A stretch of 64,000 nt of DNA from Gemmatimonadales bacterium (GCA_041580775.1 JBFGDF010000001.1:22219-86218); one strand, 5' to 3'; shown: positions 35,651-46,200, numbered from the stretch's first letter. Numbers and translations are program-made. The notes: generated by a model from the letters alone, not told the origin.

Positions 35651-36757
35651 CTACGCCCGCAGCGCCGCCAGCAGATTCTGGCGCCACGCCGTGCGCCCGG
35701 GCGGGGTGCCCGGCCAGCGCCACCGCAGGTACTGGCGGGGGGGCGCCATCACCTCGCGCACCAGCCGGCTCAGCCGCGCCTTATCCGCAAGCAAGTACCG
35801 CCGCCAGGCGAGGGAGCGGGTCACCGTCACGTGCTGAGGGCCGGTGGTACCGTGCCGCGCCGCGCGGACGAGCCAGTCCCGGAGCCGAAGCTCGCGCAGC
35901 GCGGCGCGGTCACGTCGGTCGCTGGGGCCGAGACGGACACCGCGCAGGGGATAGCGGCGCAGATCGTCCACCAGTACGCGGCCGACGACGCGGAGCGCTC
36001 GCTCCACCCCGAGCACGCGGGCGAGATATGACAGCTCCTGCCCCGCTTCGCGCGGGATCGCGTCCCACAGCAGCGCGAAGTCGAGCAGGCCGCGCACGTG
36101 CAGCATGTCGTGACGCACGAGGTGATGCAGCACGACCGCAGCGTGGTACTCGTCCGGCAACACCGGCAGGCCCTGCTCCGTCCGGACCCGCGCCCACACC
36201 GGCGGCGGCAAGGCCACCTCCTCGTCCGGCAGCAGGGTCCCGAGCGATTCGAGTCCCCAGTGCAAGTCGAGCAGCAGCTCGGTATGGTCGTTCGCGACAC
36301 TCGTGTCGGTGCGCGCCAGGGTGACCCCCGGCCGACCCGTCGCGGGCCCCCAACGCCGGGCGTCGCCGAGCTCTCCGTAGCCGACGGCGTGCAGGGCGGT
36401 GAGCGCGCGGGTGCGGTCGGCGCGATCGATCAGCAGGTCGATGTCGGCGAGGTGGCGCTCGTCAATGCGGTAAAACCGTCCGATCAGGGCGATCCCCTTG
36501 AAGAAGCAGTGCCGCACGTCCGCCTCGGTCAGCGCGCGGGACACCTGGCGCGCCTCCTTGCGGAGGCTCGCCCCCTGCTGGAGCCAGGGACTCGGCGGCA
36601 GCTCGCCGTCGTCGTGGAGGTGCCGCTCGATCCAGCGACGCACGCCGAACCGGCCGGCCAACTCCAGCGCGGGATCCGGGCCTCGCAGTTTGAGCCGCTG
36701 GGCCACTTCGCCAAGGACGTCGTGCAACCGCTCGTACACGGCAGTCGGGGATGGCAT
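35651..36757 (-). CDS. Uncharacterised nucleotidyltransferase-family protein (NTP_transf_5-like)
   Basis: 368 aa from ATG 36757. The FFKGIALIGRFY...RHLADIDLLIDRAD...LLDLHWGL pattern is as I remember for PF14907-type proteins. Confidence 0.55.
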   Translation of the reverse strand: MPSPTAVYERLHDVLGEVAQRLKLRGPDPALELAGRFGVRRWIERHLHDDGELPPSPWLQQGASLRKEARQVSRALTEADVRHCFFKGIALIGRFYRIDERHLADIDLLIDRADRTRALTALHAVGYGELGDARRWGPATGRPGVTLARTDTSVANDHTELLLDLHWGLESLGTLLPDEEVALPPPVWARVRTEQGLPVLPDEYHAAVVLHHLVRHDMLHVRGLLDFALLWDAIPREAGQELSYLARVLGVERALRVVGRVLVDDLRRYPLRGVRLGPSDRRDRAALRELRLRDWLVRAARHGTTGPQHVTVTRSLAWRRYLLADKARLSRLVREVMAPPRQYLRWRWPGTPPGRTAWRQNLLAALRA

Positions 36758-36832
36758 CCATCTCACGCGGGTGGGGGTGAATCGAGTCGCGCACAACATG
36801 CACACTCGGCGCGTGAGGCTGTGTGACGGAGG

Positions 36833-37141
36833 TCACGATGGGGGCGACGGGTCTTCGGGCACGATCGTCGTCACCCGCTGCTGCTCGTCCGCGAGCACCA
36901 TGATTCCCGTGCCTTCCGGCCGCACCACCAGGGCCACCCGCGCGGTCCCATCGGGCGCCGACAGCTGGATCTGGGGCATCTCACTCCAGGCGAGTCCCAC
37001 GATCACGCGCGTCGTGCCGGCGGCATCGAGCAGCGAGAGCGAGGGCAACCCCGACGTGCCCTCGCAGGTCAGCACGGCCCGACGCCGACCCTGCTGGTCC
37101 GTCAGCTCCAGGCGCTCGGTGCGCACGATCTTCTCTTCCAT
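36833..37141 (-). CDS. Small protein (102 aa) built from four hxhxDxxGxxRhxh beta-hairpin-like repeats
   Basis: RLELTDQQGRRRAVLT / LSLLDAAGTTRVIVGL / IQLSAPDGTARVALVV / IMVLADEQQRVTTIV. AAGGAGA lies 6 nt upstream of the ATG. High GC3. Confidence 0.65.
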   Translation of the reverse strand: MEEKIVRTERLELTDQQGRRRAVLTCEGTSGLPSLSLLDAAGTTRVIVGLAWSEMPQIQLSAPDGTARVALVVRPEGTGIMVLADEQQRVTTIVPEDPSPPS

Positions 37142-37156
37142 GCTCGGTCTCCTTCA

Positions 37157-37227
37157 CGACGGGAGTGACGGAGGCGCACGGGGTACGATGTGGACGTGAG
37201 TCCGTGTGTCCCTGCCAACTCCCGTCG
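37157..37227 (-). other. Intercistronic structured element (10-bp perfect inverted repeat enclosing further pairings)
   Basis: CGACGGGAGT (37157-37166) pairs with ACTCCCGTCG (37218-37227). Lies between the SH3b gene stop (37247) and the 102-aa gene start (37141). Confidence 0.35.
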
Positions 37228-37246
37228 AACGACTTGATGCTGCGCC

Positions 37247-38656
37247 TCAGTCAGTCGACGGCGCTCCGAATCTGCGGTAGGGATGTTGCCGCAGATGAAC
37301 GCAAATCTCGCGGACCGTCCCGTCCGGATTCAGGACCCTGAACCCATGCGGTGGCAACTCCTCCAGGCGTGCCCGGCCCGCATGCTGAATCCACTTCGCC
37401 TGGTAGGATTCCACCATGCTGTCGCCCCACGTTTGGTTCAACCTGAAGTCCACCGGCCTCCCGCCGCCCTCGAGGTACTCGTGCAGCGTGTTGGCCTGGG
37501 CCTCCGTCAGCGGCTCGGTGCGCAGGCCACTCGGGGGATTGGCGGGGAGCGGGCTTGCCGAGGCCGCACCGGGCGGGCGGGGGCCCGGACCGATACCGGG
37601 CAACGTCGCTCCGCTGCGCGCTGTCGGGAGCATCCGGACGGTTACGGGTCGCTCGCCACTACCCACGATTCGCCTCACGTGATCAGCCAACGTGCGTGCA
37701 CGCACGCGTAAGGCCGCCAGCAAGGCCCGCACGTGAGCGAGTACCCGGCCATACGCGGCGCCAATCGTGGTGACGCTACGGCCCGCGGCACGCGCCGCGG
37801 CGCTGGCACCGGGCCTCCCGGCCGCGCGAGCCGCGCGACCGACGCCCCGCTGGAGGAGTTCCTGGATGATCAGGAGTAGAATCTCCTCGATCAGCTGGTC
37901 GCGGGACACATACGTCCAATGATCGCGCACGGCCTCCGTGAAGTCCGCACGGAAGTCGGGGTCGCGCTCGAGTTCGAGGTACTCAGGAGTCGCAGGCACG
38001 GCCGACCGCCACCGACCGGTACCACGCTGGGTGATGTAGCCGGCGGCCCGCGCCTGGTCGAATTGCTCGATGAACTCCCGGTCCCTGCCGGAGATTGGGT
38101 CTGGTGCGTCGCCACCGAACACCCCTCGCGCGCCCGGTGCCGTTTCGAGTCGCGGGAAATCGTCGGGGTTGTAACGCTGGGCCAGAAACATGAGGGTGGC
38201 GTGGAGTCGCCCCAAGGCGCGGGCGGCCCTTCGCAGTTCCATGGACAGGCGGTGCCGCTCCATCCCGTCGGCTGTGAAGTGGCCGGCCCGATCCTGTGGA
38301 TAGCGCGGATGGGCCTCGCCCCACATGCTCCTCGCACCCAGCGGCGGACCGACTCGGCCCCCAGGCTGCGGACGGAACATCAGAAACGGCGGTGGGCCAA
38401 GGGGCGGCAGGTCTCGATCCGACCCCGCGTCGACATCGGGAGCCGAGCCGTAGATGACCTCGGTGTTCGGGATCGCGACGACGCCCTCGGGCTGAAGATA
38501 GTCTCCTTGGACCCACCCCCCGGCCCGGAGCTTCCTCCACCCCCCTTGGGACTCGGCGACTTCGACTCGCACCCCCCGATCGAGGTTGCGCAGCCACCTG
38601 AATTGCCGGCCGGGTCCGGAGCGGACGGAGACGGCACGCTTGACGATGTAGGCCAT
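37247..38656 (-). CDS. Protein with N-terminal bacterial SH3 domain and an unrecognised ~400-aa remainder
   Basis: Start is ATG 38656 (MAYIVKRAVSVRSGPGRQFRWLRNLDRGVRVEVAESQGGWRKL, an SH3b-like pattern). GGGGAGG lies 7 nt upstream. No signal peptide. Confidence 0.65.
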   Translation of the reverse strand: MAYIVKRAVSVRSGPGRQFRWLRNLDRGVRVEVAESQGGWRKLRAGGWVQGDYLQPEGVVAIPNTEVIYGSAPDVDAGSDRDLPPLGPPPFLMFRPQPGGRVGPPLGARSMWGEAHPRYPQDRAGHFTADGMERHRLSMELRRAARALGRLHATLMFLAQRYNPDDFPRLETAPGARGVFGGDAPDPISGRDREFIEQFDQARAAGYITQRGTGRWRSAVPATPEYLELERDPDFRADFTEAVRDHWTYVSRDQLIEEILLLIIQELLQRGVGRAARAAGRPGASAAARAAGRSVTTIGAAYGRVLAHVRALLAALRVRARTLADHVRRIVGSGERPVTVRMLPTARSGATLPGIGPGPRPPGAASASPLPANPPSGLRTEPLTEAQANTLHEYLEGGGRPVDFRLNQTWGDSMVESYQAKWIQHAGRARLEELPPHGFRVLNPDGTVREICVHLRQHPYRRFGAPSTD

Positions 38657-38999
38657 GGTTGGGCCTCCCCGTGGACCCCGGCAGAGAGCCGTAGGCTTCC
38701 TAGGGCCCTGGAGTACGGAGCGGGCATGCGCGAAGATCGCGGAACGGGCGCGTTCGGCGCGCCGCCGACATTCTCGGTGGTGGTGCCGAGAGCCGAATGC
38801 GGTCTCGCTGGCAGGCCAGGTCGCGAAACAACGGCGGATGGGCGTGCCTCGGCGAGACAGCCGGCAGCTCTCAAGGCGACAGGCGAACATGGCCCCAGCG
38901 GGTGGCGCCCGCAAGCCCAAGAGCGCAGGGGGGCGAACCGGTGCCTCTGCGGCCCTCGGGGGTTGGCCAATGCCATCGCGATGTACTACATCAGACCAT

Positions 39000-39194
39000 A
39001 TGTCCGAGGACGGGCCCGTCCGGCTGTGCCCCTACGTGGTGGGCTACGAAACGGAGCCCGCGGGGAGCGACGTGGCCGACCCGCGGATCCGCTGCGGGCA
39101 GCCGGCAACCGTCCGACTCGACGACGGCGCGTGGCTGTGCGCGGCGCACGCCCGTTTGGTGCGGGCCGAGCGGGACGGACCGAGCGGTAGCTGA
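39000..39194 (+). CDS. Small Cys/His-containing protein (64 aa), hypothetical
   Basis: MSEDGPVRLCPYVV...RIRCGQP...WLCAAHARLV. About 90% GC3 from ATG 39000, whereas the codons upstream in the same frame are AT-ending. No Shine-Dalgarno. Confidence 0.45.
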   Translation: MSEDGPVRLCPYVVGYETEPAGSDVADPRIRCGQPATVRLDDGAWLCAAHARLVRAERDGPSGS

Positions 39195-39281
39195 GGGGCG
39201 CGCGGAGCCGCCGCGGCCACCGATCGATCGATCCGTCGACCCCCTCTTGCCGTCACTCGGCGCGGCCACGACGTTCCGGGC

Positions 39282-39449
39282 ATGGAATTCCTCACCTTTC
39301 TTCTGATTCTCTGGGCCGGCTGGCTCGTGTGGCGGCGGCCTGAGCGCGAGCGGCTCGCGTTCGGCCTGCTCGTGGCAAGCAGCCTGCTGATGGCGCTGCT
39401 GTTCCTGATCGGCACCCACACGTCGTTCGTGCCGGGCGTGAACCTGTGA
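39282..39449 (+). CDS. Unlisted small two-TM membrane protein (55 aa)
   Basis: MEFLTFLLILWAGWLVWRRPERERLAFGLLVASSLLMALLFLIGTHTSFVPGVNL. About 89% GC3. Its stop overlaps the GTG of the next gene (GTGA at 39446-39449). Confidence 0.6.
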   Translation: MEFLTFLLILWAGWLVWRRPERERLAFGLLVASSLLMALLFLIGTHTSFVPGVNL

Positions 39450-40921
39450 CGGCTCTGGCGCCGGACCGGTTGCGCACCGTCCTCGCGTGGGTCGTGATCG
39501 CGCTGATCGCGATCCCGGTGGGTGGGGCGGTGGTGCTGTGGGTCGCGCACGGCGACACCCCCTGCATCCTCTGCTGGTCGCAGCGGACCTCGATGATCCT
39601 GATCGCGCTGGTCGGGCTCTTCGTGCTGCGCTACGGCCCGCGTCCCCGCTATCTCGGCACGGCCGTCCTGCTCGGGACCTGGGGCGTGTTCATGGCCTTG
39701 CGGCACTCAGCCCTCCACCTGGCGCGCGACGTCGGCCAGGGCTTCGCGGCCCCCATCTTCGGTGTCCACACCTATGTGTGGTCGTGGTTCATCCACTGGA
39801 TCGTCCTCGCCGTGATCGGCGTGCTGATGCTGCTCATGCGGGGAGGATTCGGGGAGTGGGGAACGAGGGACACCGGTCGCACGGGCCGGTTCGCATTTGC
39901 GCTGTTCGTGATCGTGGTCGGCGCGAACGCGCTCCAGGCGATCGTCACGACGGGACCACCTCCCTTCATCGGCCAGGCCGATCCAGTCCGGTTCACGCTC
40001 AATCCCCGCCACTGGGTGTGGATGATGGAGGAATTGGAGGGCCGCGTCTCGCTGCGCGGATCGTGGACCATCCCGCGGCCGGACCCCGAGGCCGCCGACC
40101 CCGATCCCACGCACGGGCCACTGGCGGCGCTGCCAGCGCTCCCCGTGCTGGGCTGGGAGCGGATCGGCCCGCCGCTGCACGGGCGGCTCACCGACCTGGC
40201 CCGCGACTCGGCATCGGGCCGGTTTCTCGCCGTCACGGATCGCTACGGCACGTACGTGCTGGACAGCACCTTGTCGCGGGTCGAGCACCGCGTCGTCCTC
40301 GACCCCGGATACAGCATCGATCTGTCACCGCTCGCCGGGGCCGCCTTCCTGACCGGCGACACGCTCGCCCTCCTGGCAACCAACAAGAGCTACGTGCTCC
40401 TGCGGCCCGACCCCCAGGCGGATCCCGACCGCGAGTGGCGTCACTTCCTGGAGACGGACGGCGGCATTACCGAGCTGCGTCGCTCCCGGTTTGCGACGGT
40501 GCGCGCCCGCCAGATGTACGTACTGTCCTTGGCGTTCGACCCTGACACGGACGAGCTGATCACGGTGGCGGTGCCGAGCCCTCGGCACCGACGGCTGGTG
40601 GTGTCCCGGGTTGCGCGGGGGGACTTGGTGTTGGCCTCCGAGTTCGAGCCGCGCCTCGGCGCGGGTCTCACTCCGCTCGGTCCGGAGCGGTCGGCGGCGG
40701 AGTACGTGGTGACCGGCGCCGTGGTGGCCGACGGTCTGCTCTACGCGATGAGCGCGGCCTATTCCACGCTGCTGATGATCGATCTTCAGGACAAGGTCAC
40801 GCGCGGTGCGTATACCGTGCCCGGCATTGCGGATCCGGTCGGGCTCGCGGCCCGCGGTGCCCAGCTCCTCGTGGCGCAGGCCGATGGACGGGTCGCGGTG
40901 GTGGAGCGGCCCATGCCGTAG
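39446..40921 (+). CDS. DsbB-family-like membrane domain (single CxxC) fused to a ~300-aa C-terminal, probably periplasmic, domain
   Basis: The TPCILCWSQRTSMILIAL motif matches the DsbB/BdbC PCxLCxxQR signature. Five hydrophobic segments. These are the only two Cys in 491 aa. The C-terminal region has strand-rich repeats. Confidence 0.65.
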   Translation: MTALAPDRLRTVLAWVVIALIAIPVGGAVVLWVAHGDTPCILCWSQRTSMILIALVGLFVLRYGPRPRYLGTAVLLGTWGVFMALRHSALHLARDVGQGFAAPIFGVHTYVWSWFIHWIVLAVIGVLMLLMRGGFGEWGTRDTGRTGRFAFALFVIVVGANALQAIVTTGPPPFIGQADPVRFTLNPRHWVWMMEELEGRVSLRGSWTIPRPDPEAADPDPTHGPLAALPALPVLGWERIGPPLHGRLTDLARDSASGRFLAVTDRYGTYVLDSTLSRVEHRVVLDPGYSIDLSPLAGAAFLTGDTLALLATNKSYVLLRPDPQADPDREWRHFLETDGGITELRRSRFATVRARQMYVLSLAFDPDTDELITVAVPSPRHRRLVVSRVARGDLVLASEFEPRLGAGLTPLGPERSAAEYVVTGAVVADGLLYAMSAAYSTLLMIDLQDKVTRGAYTVPGIADPVGLAARGAQLLVAQADGRVAVVERPMP

Positions 40922-40967
40922 CCGCGCAGCGAGGCCGGGACCTGCGGGGCGCCCCCCCGCGGCGCCG

Positions 40968-43109
40968 CTAGGGCTGCTGCCCCGCCTCGCCCAACTGGCT
41001 CCAGAGATAGGCGTACGTGAGTGCCAGCATCCGGGCCCGCTGCTGGGGAGTCACCCCGGCACCGTGGCCACCCTCCGTGTTCTCGTAGTAGAGCACGTCG
41101 TGTCCCTGCGCCAGCATCCGCGCCGCCATCTTCCGCGCGTGCCCCGGATGCACCCGGTCGTCGCGCGTCGTCGTGGTAAATAGGGGCCGCGGGTAGTCCC
41201 GGTCCGCGCGCACGTTCTGGTACGGCGAGTAGCGAGAGATATAGGCCCACTCCTCCGGGATGTCGGGATTGCCGTACTCCGCCATCCAGCTCGCGCCCGC
41301 CAGCAGCTTGTTGTACCGCCGCATGTCCAGCAGCGGCACGTTCACGACGACCGCGCCGAACAGCTCCGGCCGTTGTGTCATCGCGACACCCGTGAGCAGC
41401 CCGCCGTTGCTCCCGCCCTGAATGCCCAGGTACGCCGGCTGCGTGATTCCTCGAGCCACCAGGTCTTCCGCCACGGCCAGGAAATCGTCGTACGCCCGCT
41501 GCCGGTGCTCCTTGAGTGCCGCCCGATGCCATGCCGGGCCGAACTCGCCCCCGCCCCGGATGTTCGCCACGGCGTACACCCCACCCTGCTCGAGCCACGC
41601 CTTGCCCACGACGGAGCTGTAGGACGAGGTACGACTGATCTCGAACCCGCCGTAACCGTACAGCAGCGTCCGGTTCCGACCGTTGAGTGCGACATCCCGC
41701 CGGCGTACGACCCAGTACGGCACCGCCGTCCCATCTGCCGATTCCGCCTCATACTGCTCGATGATCAGTCGCTCGGCGTCGAACTGGGCCGGCAGGCGGC
41801 GCACCTCGTCCACGCGCCCGTCGTCACGATGGACGTACAGGGTCGTGGGCTGCACGAAACTCGAGTAGGTGAAGAAGAACCGATTGGAACGCAGATCGAC
41901 GTCCACCGTATTCACCGACCCGAAGTCCGGCGCCTGCACCCGCTCGCCGACCCAGCGGGTCCCGTCGAACCGGTATTTCCAGAGCTGGCCCCGTACGTTG
42001 TCGAGCACGCTGACCAGCAGGTAGTCCCGCGTGGGGCTGGCGCCTTGCACCGTGGAGCGCGGACCTGGCTCCACGACCACGCGGAAGTCGCGGCTCCCCC
42101 CCAGGAAGGCCTCGAGGTTCATGGCAATCACAGAGCCGGTGGCGTACGTGCGCCCACCCACGGTCCAGGGGTCGCGGACGTACACGGTCAACTGGTCGCC
42201 CACGAAGCCCGGGTCGGCGTCCAGCGGGATGTCGAGCCGCACGAGCGAGTCGCCGCGCAGCAAGTGCAGCGTGCCCTCAAAGAAGCTCGGCCGATGATAG
42301 AGCACCGGCTGCGTGCCCCACGCGGCTTCGAAGGACGCTGCGAAGACGGCCACGTCCGTCGGCTTCCCCTCGAACAGCGTCACCGCTGAGTCGAGCGGCG
42401 TGCCGCGGCGCCACAGCTTGGCGGTCCGGGCGTAGCCGGAGGCCGTGAGCGATCCGGTGCCCCAGTTGGTCGCGACCAGGAGCGTGCTGTCGTCCACCCA
42501 GCCCATCGAGCTCTTGGCTTCCGGGAGGAAGAACCCGTCCTGCACGAAACGGGCGTTCGGAAGGTCGAACTCCCGCCGCTCCACCGCATCCGATCCCCCG
42601 CGCGAGAGACTCGCGACACAGTGGCGGTACGCCGGCGCCAGACACGTCATGCCGCGGTACGCCCACGGGACCCCCTCCCGCTCGGCCAGGGCGTCGATGT
42701 CCAGCACGGTCTCCCACGCGGGCGTGCCCGACAGGTAGGACGCGAGCGTCGCGCGGCGGTAGATGCCGCGCGCGTGCGCCTCGTCGGTCCAGAAGTTGTA
42801 AACCGTCTCGCCCCGCGTGTTCGGATATGGGATGCGGTCCTCCGTGGTGAGGATCCGGAGGATGTCCTGCTCAAGGGTCGCAAACCCGGAATACGCCTGC
42901 AACTCGGCCACCGACTTCGCGTTCTGTTCCTCCACCCAGGCCAGCGCGCGCGCGCCTTCCACCTCCTCGAGCCAGAGGAACGGATCGTCCTGGACCGTCG
43001 CAGCCCCTGCGGGCGCTTGGGCCGCAAGACCGGGCACCGTCAGCAGGGCCAGGGCCACGAGCGACAGGTACGACGTGGGCAGGATACGGGGGCGATGGGT
43101 GTGGATCAT
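40968..43109 (-). CDS. Prolyl oligopeptidase (peptidase S9A), secreted
   Basis: N-terminal propeller, then the catalytic part with GGSNGGLL, RDDRVHP and EGGHGAG. Signal peptide from ATG 43109. GAGGAAGGA RBS. Confidence 0.85.
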   Translation of the reverse strand: MIHTHRPRILPTSYLSLVALALLTVPGLAAQAPAGAATVQDDPFLWLEEVEGARALAWVEEQNAKSVAELQAYSGFATLEQDILRILTTEDRIPYPNTRGETVYNFWTDEAHARGIYRRATLASYLSGTPAWETVLDIDALAEREGVPWAYRGMTCLAPAYRHCVASLSRGGSDAVERREFDLPNARFVQDGFFLPEAKSSMGWVDDSTLLVATNWGTGSLTASGYARTAKLWRRGTPLDSAVTLFEGKPTDVAVFAASFEAAWGTQPVLYHRPSFFEGTLHLLRGDSLVRLDIPLDADPGFVGDQLTVYVRDPWTVGGRTYATGSVIAMNLEAFLGGSRDFRVVVEPGPRSTVQGASPTRDYLLVSVLDNVRGQLWKYRFDGTRWVGERVQAPDFGSVNTVDVDLRSNRFFFTYSSFVQPTTLYVHRDDGRVDEVRRLPAQFDAERLIIEQYEAESADGTAVPYWVVRRRDVALNGRNRTLLYGYGGFEISRTSSYSSVVGKAWLEQGGVYAVANIRGGGEFGPAWHRAALKEHRQRAYDDFLAVAEDLVARGITQPAYLGIQGGSNGGLLTGVAMTQRPELFGAVVVNVPLLDMRRYNKLLAGASWMAEYGNPDIPEEWAYISRYSPYQNVRADRDYPRPLFTTTTRDDRVHPGHARKMAARMLAQGHDVLYYENTEGGHGAGVTPQQRARMLALTYAYLWSQLGEAGQQP

Positions 43110-43247
43110 GGGGTCCTTCCTCGGAATCCGAGCAACGTGGGTCCTGGTACGCGACAGGGGAAGTCGCTGGGGCGCTCGGCGGTGCCCGCGTAGGCGGCGG
43201 TCAACGCCGACCACGGACCGTGGCCCGCCCCACGGACTGCCTTTCGA

Positions 43248-46200
43248 TCAAGACAACTCCGCCAGCGCCTCTCGTACGCGACGCACCCACACGCACGCCG
43301 GTTCGGCGTGCTGGAAGACCTCCATGGCTTGCCGCAGCAGGCGCACGGCGTCCTCGCGCTTCCCCGTACGGCTGTAGACGAGCGCAAGCTCATACAGCCC
43401 GCGCGGGTGGTAGGGGCGTCGCCGCAGATACTCCGTGAGGCGCCGCTGTGCGTCGCCGTATTGCCCCAGCGCGCGCTCACAGCGCGCGAGATCGATGTCG
43501 GTGGCGGTGAGGGTCGGATTCAGCGCACGGGCCTGCTCGTAGTGCGAGACGGCGCGTTCGCAGCTGCCGCGGAGTTCCCACACCAGGCCCTGGGCTCGCT
43601 CCCGGTCCCCCCGGAGCACGCCGAGCCCGAAACGGGCGATGAGCGTATCCAGCTGCGGGAGCGCCGCTTCGAGACTGTCCGCGTGCTCCAACTCCTCGGC
43701 TATGCCGAGGCGACCGATCGCCAGAAGCGCGTCGAGGGCGCCACTGACTTGCCGCCCCAGGGCCGCCAGGGAATCGCGTGCCACCTCCACGCGCCCGGCG
43801 CGGACGTATTGGGCGAGCCCTTCCAGCTTGAGCTGCAGCAGCGCGAGCGGCACCGTGGCGTAGGCCCCTTCCGCCCAGCCACGCTCCATGTAGCGGACCG
43901 CCAGCGACACCTCACCCCGTCGGTCGTGGAACCCTCGGAGCGCGTCGAACACCCTGGTGCGCTCGCTCGGCGTCTCGGCGACGGCGAGCGCATCATCGAA
44001 CCGCGCGCGGGCGTCGTCGAACCGCCCGATGTCAGTCAGGACCCAGGCCGCACCGAGGATCGGATCGACGTCTTCTGCATCGAGGAGCGACGCCCGCTCG
44101 TACTGCTCCAGTGCCCGCGCATGGTCGCCGATCCGGGCATAGAGCTGGCCGAGGTCGGTGAACGCACGCGCGTCCTCCGGAAACCGATCGGCATACCGGC
44201 GGAAGTAGCCGAGGGTGCGCTCGTCGTCGCCCCGCTGCATGGCGAGGGACCCGAGAGTCCGTAGCAGCTCGTGGCGCGTGGTGTCGAGCGCATACATGCG
44301 TTCGACTTCGGCGCCGGCGCTGTCGAACTGCCCGGCTGCCGCCCACAGTTGCGCCAACATGGAGCGCGCCTGGAGGTCAAAGGGATAGAGCTCCGTGTGC
44401 ATCCGAGCGACCGCGAGCGCCCGCTGTGGATCTTGCTGCGCGATCCGGTAGTGGTATGTCCGGATGATGAGCTGGTAGATCTCCGGCAGCTTGTACGCCA
44501 GGCGGCGCGCGCGCTCGAGCGCCGCCGGCGCAACGTCCGCCTGATTCGAGAGGATGCGCGCCTGCCACAGCGCAACGTAGGCGAGCGCGAAGAGTGAGTC
44601 CTCGGCAACGGCCGCCGCGAACGGGACTGCCGCTGCCGCAGTCTCCAGACGCAACAGCCGCACCGCCCCGTCCACATAGTGGCGATACGCGGGCAGGGAG
44701 GCAGTCAGCGTCTCCGCAACCGGGAGGTCACGGCTGCCCTCGATCTGGGCCTCTGGTACTTCGAGGTCCGCCTTGAGCGCCATCGTGATCTGATCCACGA
44801 GAGCGAAGACGTCGGAGCCCGCAAAGCGCCGCTTCGCCACCACCTGACCGCTGCGCGTCTCGTAGAGCTGCGTCGACACCGTGAGCTCGCGGCCAGCCCG
44901 ATCGACCGTGCCAGCAAGCAGCCACCCCAGGTGCGCATCCTGGGCGATCTGCCGCTTGAGCGCGAGCGGGACGTTCCGCCCGTCCGGGAACCCCTCGCGT
45001 TGGAGCCATTCCCTAAAGGACAGGGGATCCTGCACATAGAAGAACAAGTCCTGCAGGAGGTCATGCTGAACCGCCCAGGGGATCCCATACTGCAGCCACG
45101 TGAGCGCCGTATCCGCAGTGGGGTTGTCGAAGAAGAACACCGCGAGGTTCTTGCGGTAGCCTTCCTTCGGCACCTGACGCGTGATGAGGTTCCCCTCCTC
45201 GTCCCGAAGTGTCACGGCGGTCGTGGCGGCGCCGAGGTCCTTCCCGCCGAACACGAGAAACAGCACCGCGATCGCGATCAGCGCGTTGGCCGGAATGCCG
45301 ACCTTCTCGATCACCGACCAGCCGTCGGCGCGGCGACGGGACGCGAGGAGCGTCACCGTGGGCAGGAACAGGAGCAACGTGAGCCCCACGAGACCTGTGA
45401 GATGCGGCGACAAGGGAAGGCGCGTGACCCACCACTTGAGGACGGCCAGTGCAAGCACACCAAGGAGCGCGTACGCCGCAACCACGCGCACGGCGCGCCG
45501 GCTCAGGACCTCGCTCCACCACGCGCCGGATCCGACGGTTCGCTGGGGGCCACTCACGGCGGCGGCATCGAGCGCCTGGGCAAACGCCGACGCGGTCGCG
45601 TACCGGTCGCCCGGCACCTTGGCCAGCAGCCGCTCTACGACCGTCGCTAGGGGGCGCGGCACGTCCGCACCGGTCGTCGCGAGCGGCGGCGCGCGATCCA
45701 CCACCTGCCGAGCCAGCGTGCGCTGAGGGGTATCGCCGCCAAACGGCGGGCTGCCGGCGAGCATCTCATACACCACACACCCCAATGCGTACAGATCGCT
45801 CCGGCCGTCGACATCGGACTGGCCGCTGGCCTGCTCGGGACTCATGTAGGCGGGCGTGCCGACGGCGAGACCCACGGCGGTGAACGGCTGGCCGGCCGAC
45901 GCGGCCTGCGTCGCACGAGCGATGCCGAAGTCGGCCACGAGGGCCGTGCCACCAGCGAGCAGGATGTTCTCGGGCTTGATATCGCGATGCACAACGTCGC
46001 GCGCGTGGGCAAACTCCAGCGCCGTGGCGACCTGCCGCGCGATGCGCACGGCATCGGCGACGGGAATCCGCGCGTCCCGGTCCAACCGGGCGCGGAGGCT
46101 CTCGCCCTCCACGTACGGCATCACGTAGTACAGCAGGCCATCGGCTTCGCCAGAGTCATACAGCGCGACGATGTGCGGATGCTGCAGGTTGGCCGTGAGT

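Noticed and set aside
38970-38999. Alternative upstream start (ATG 38970) for the small ORF ending at 39194.
   Set aside because: The ten extra codons mostly end in A/T, unlike the rest of the ORF and of the genome's coding regions. ATG 39000 is preferred, though still uncertain.
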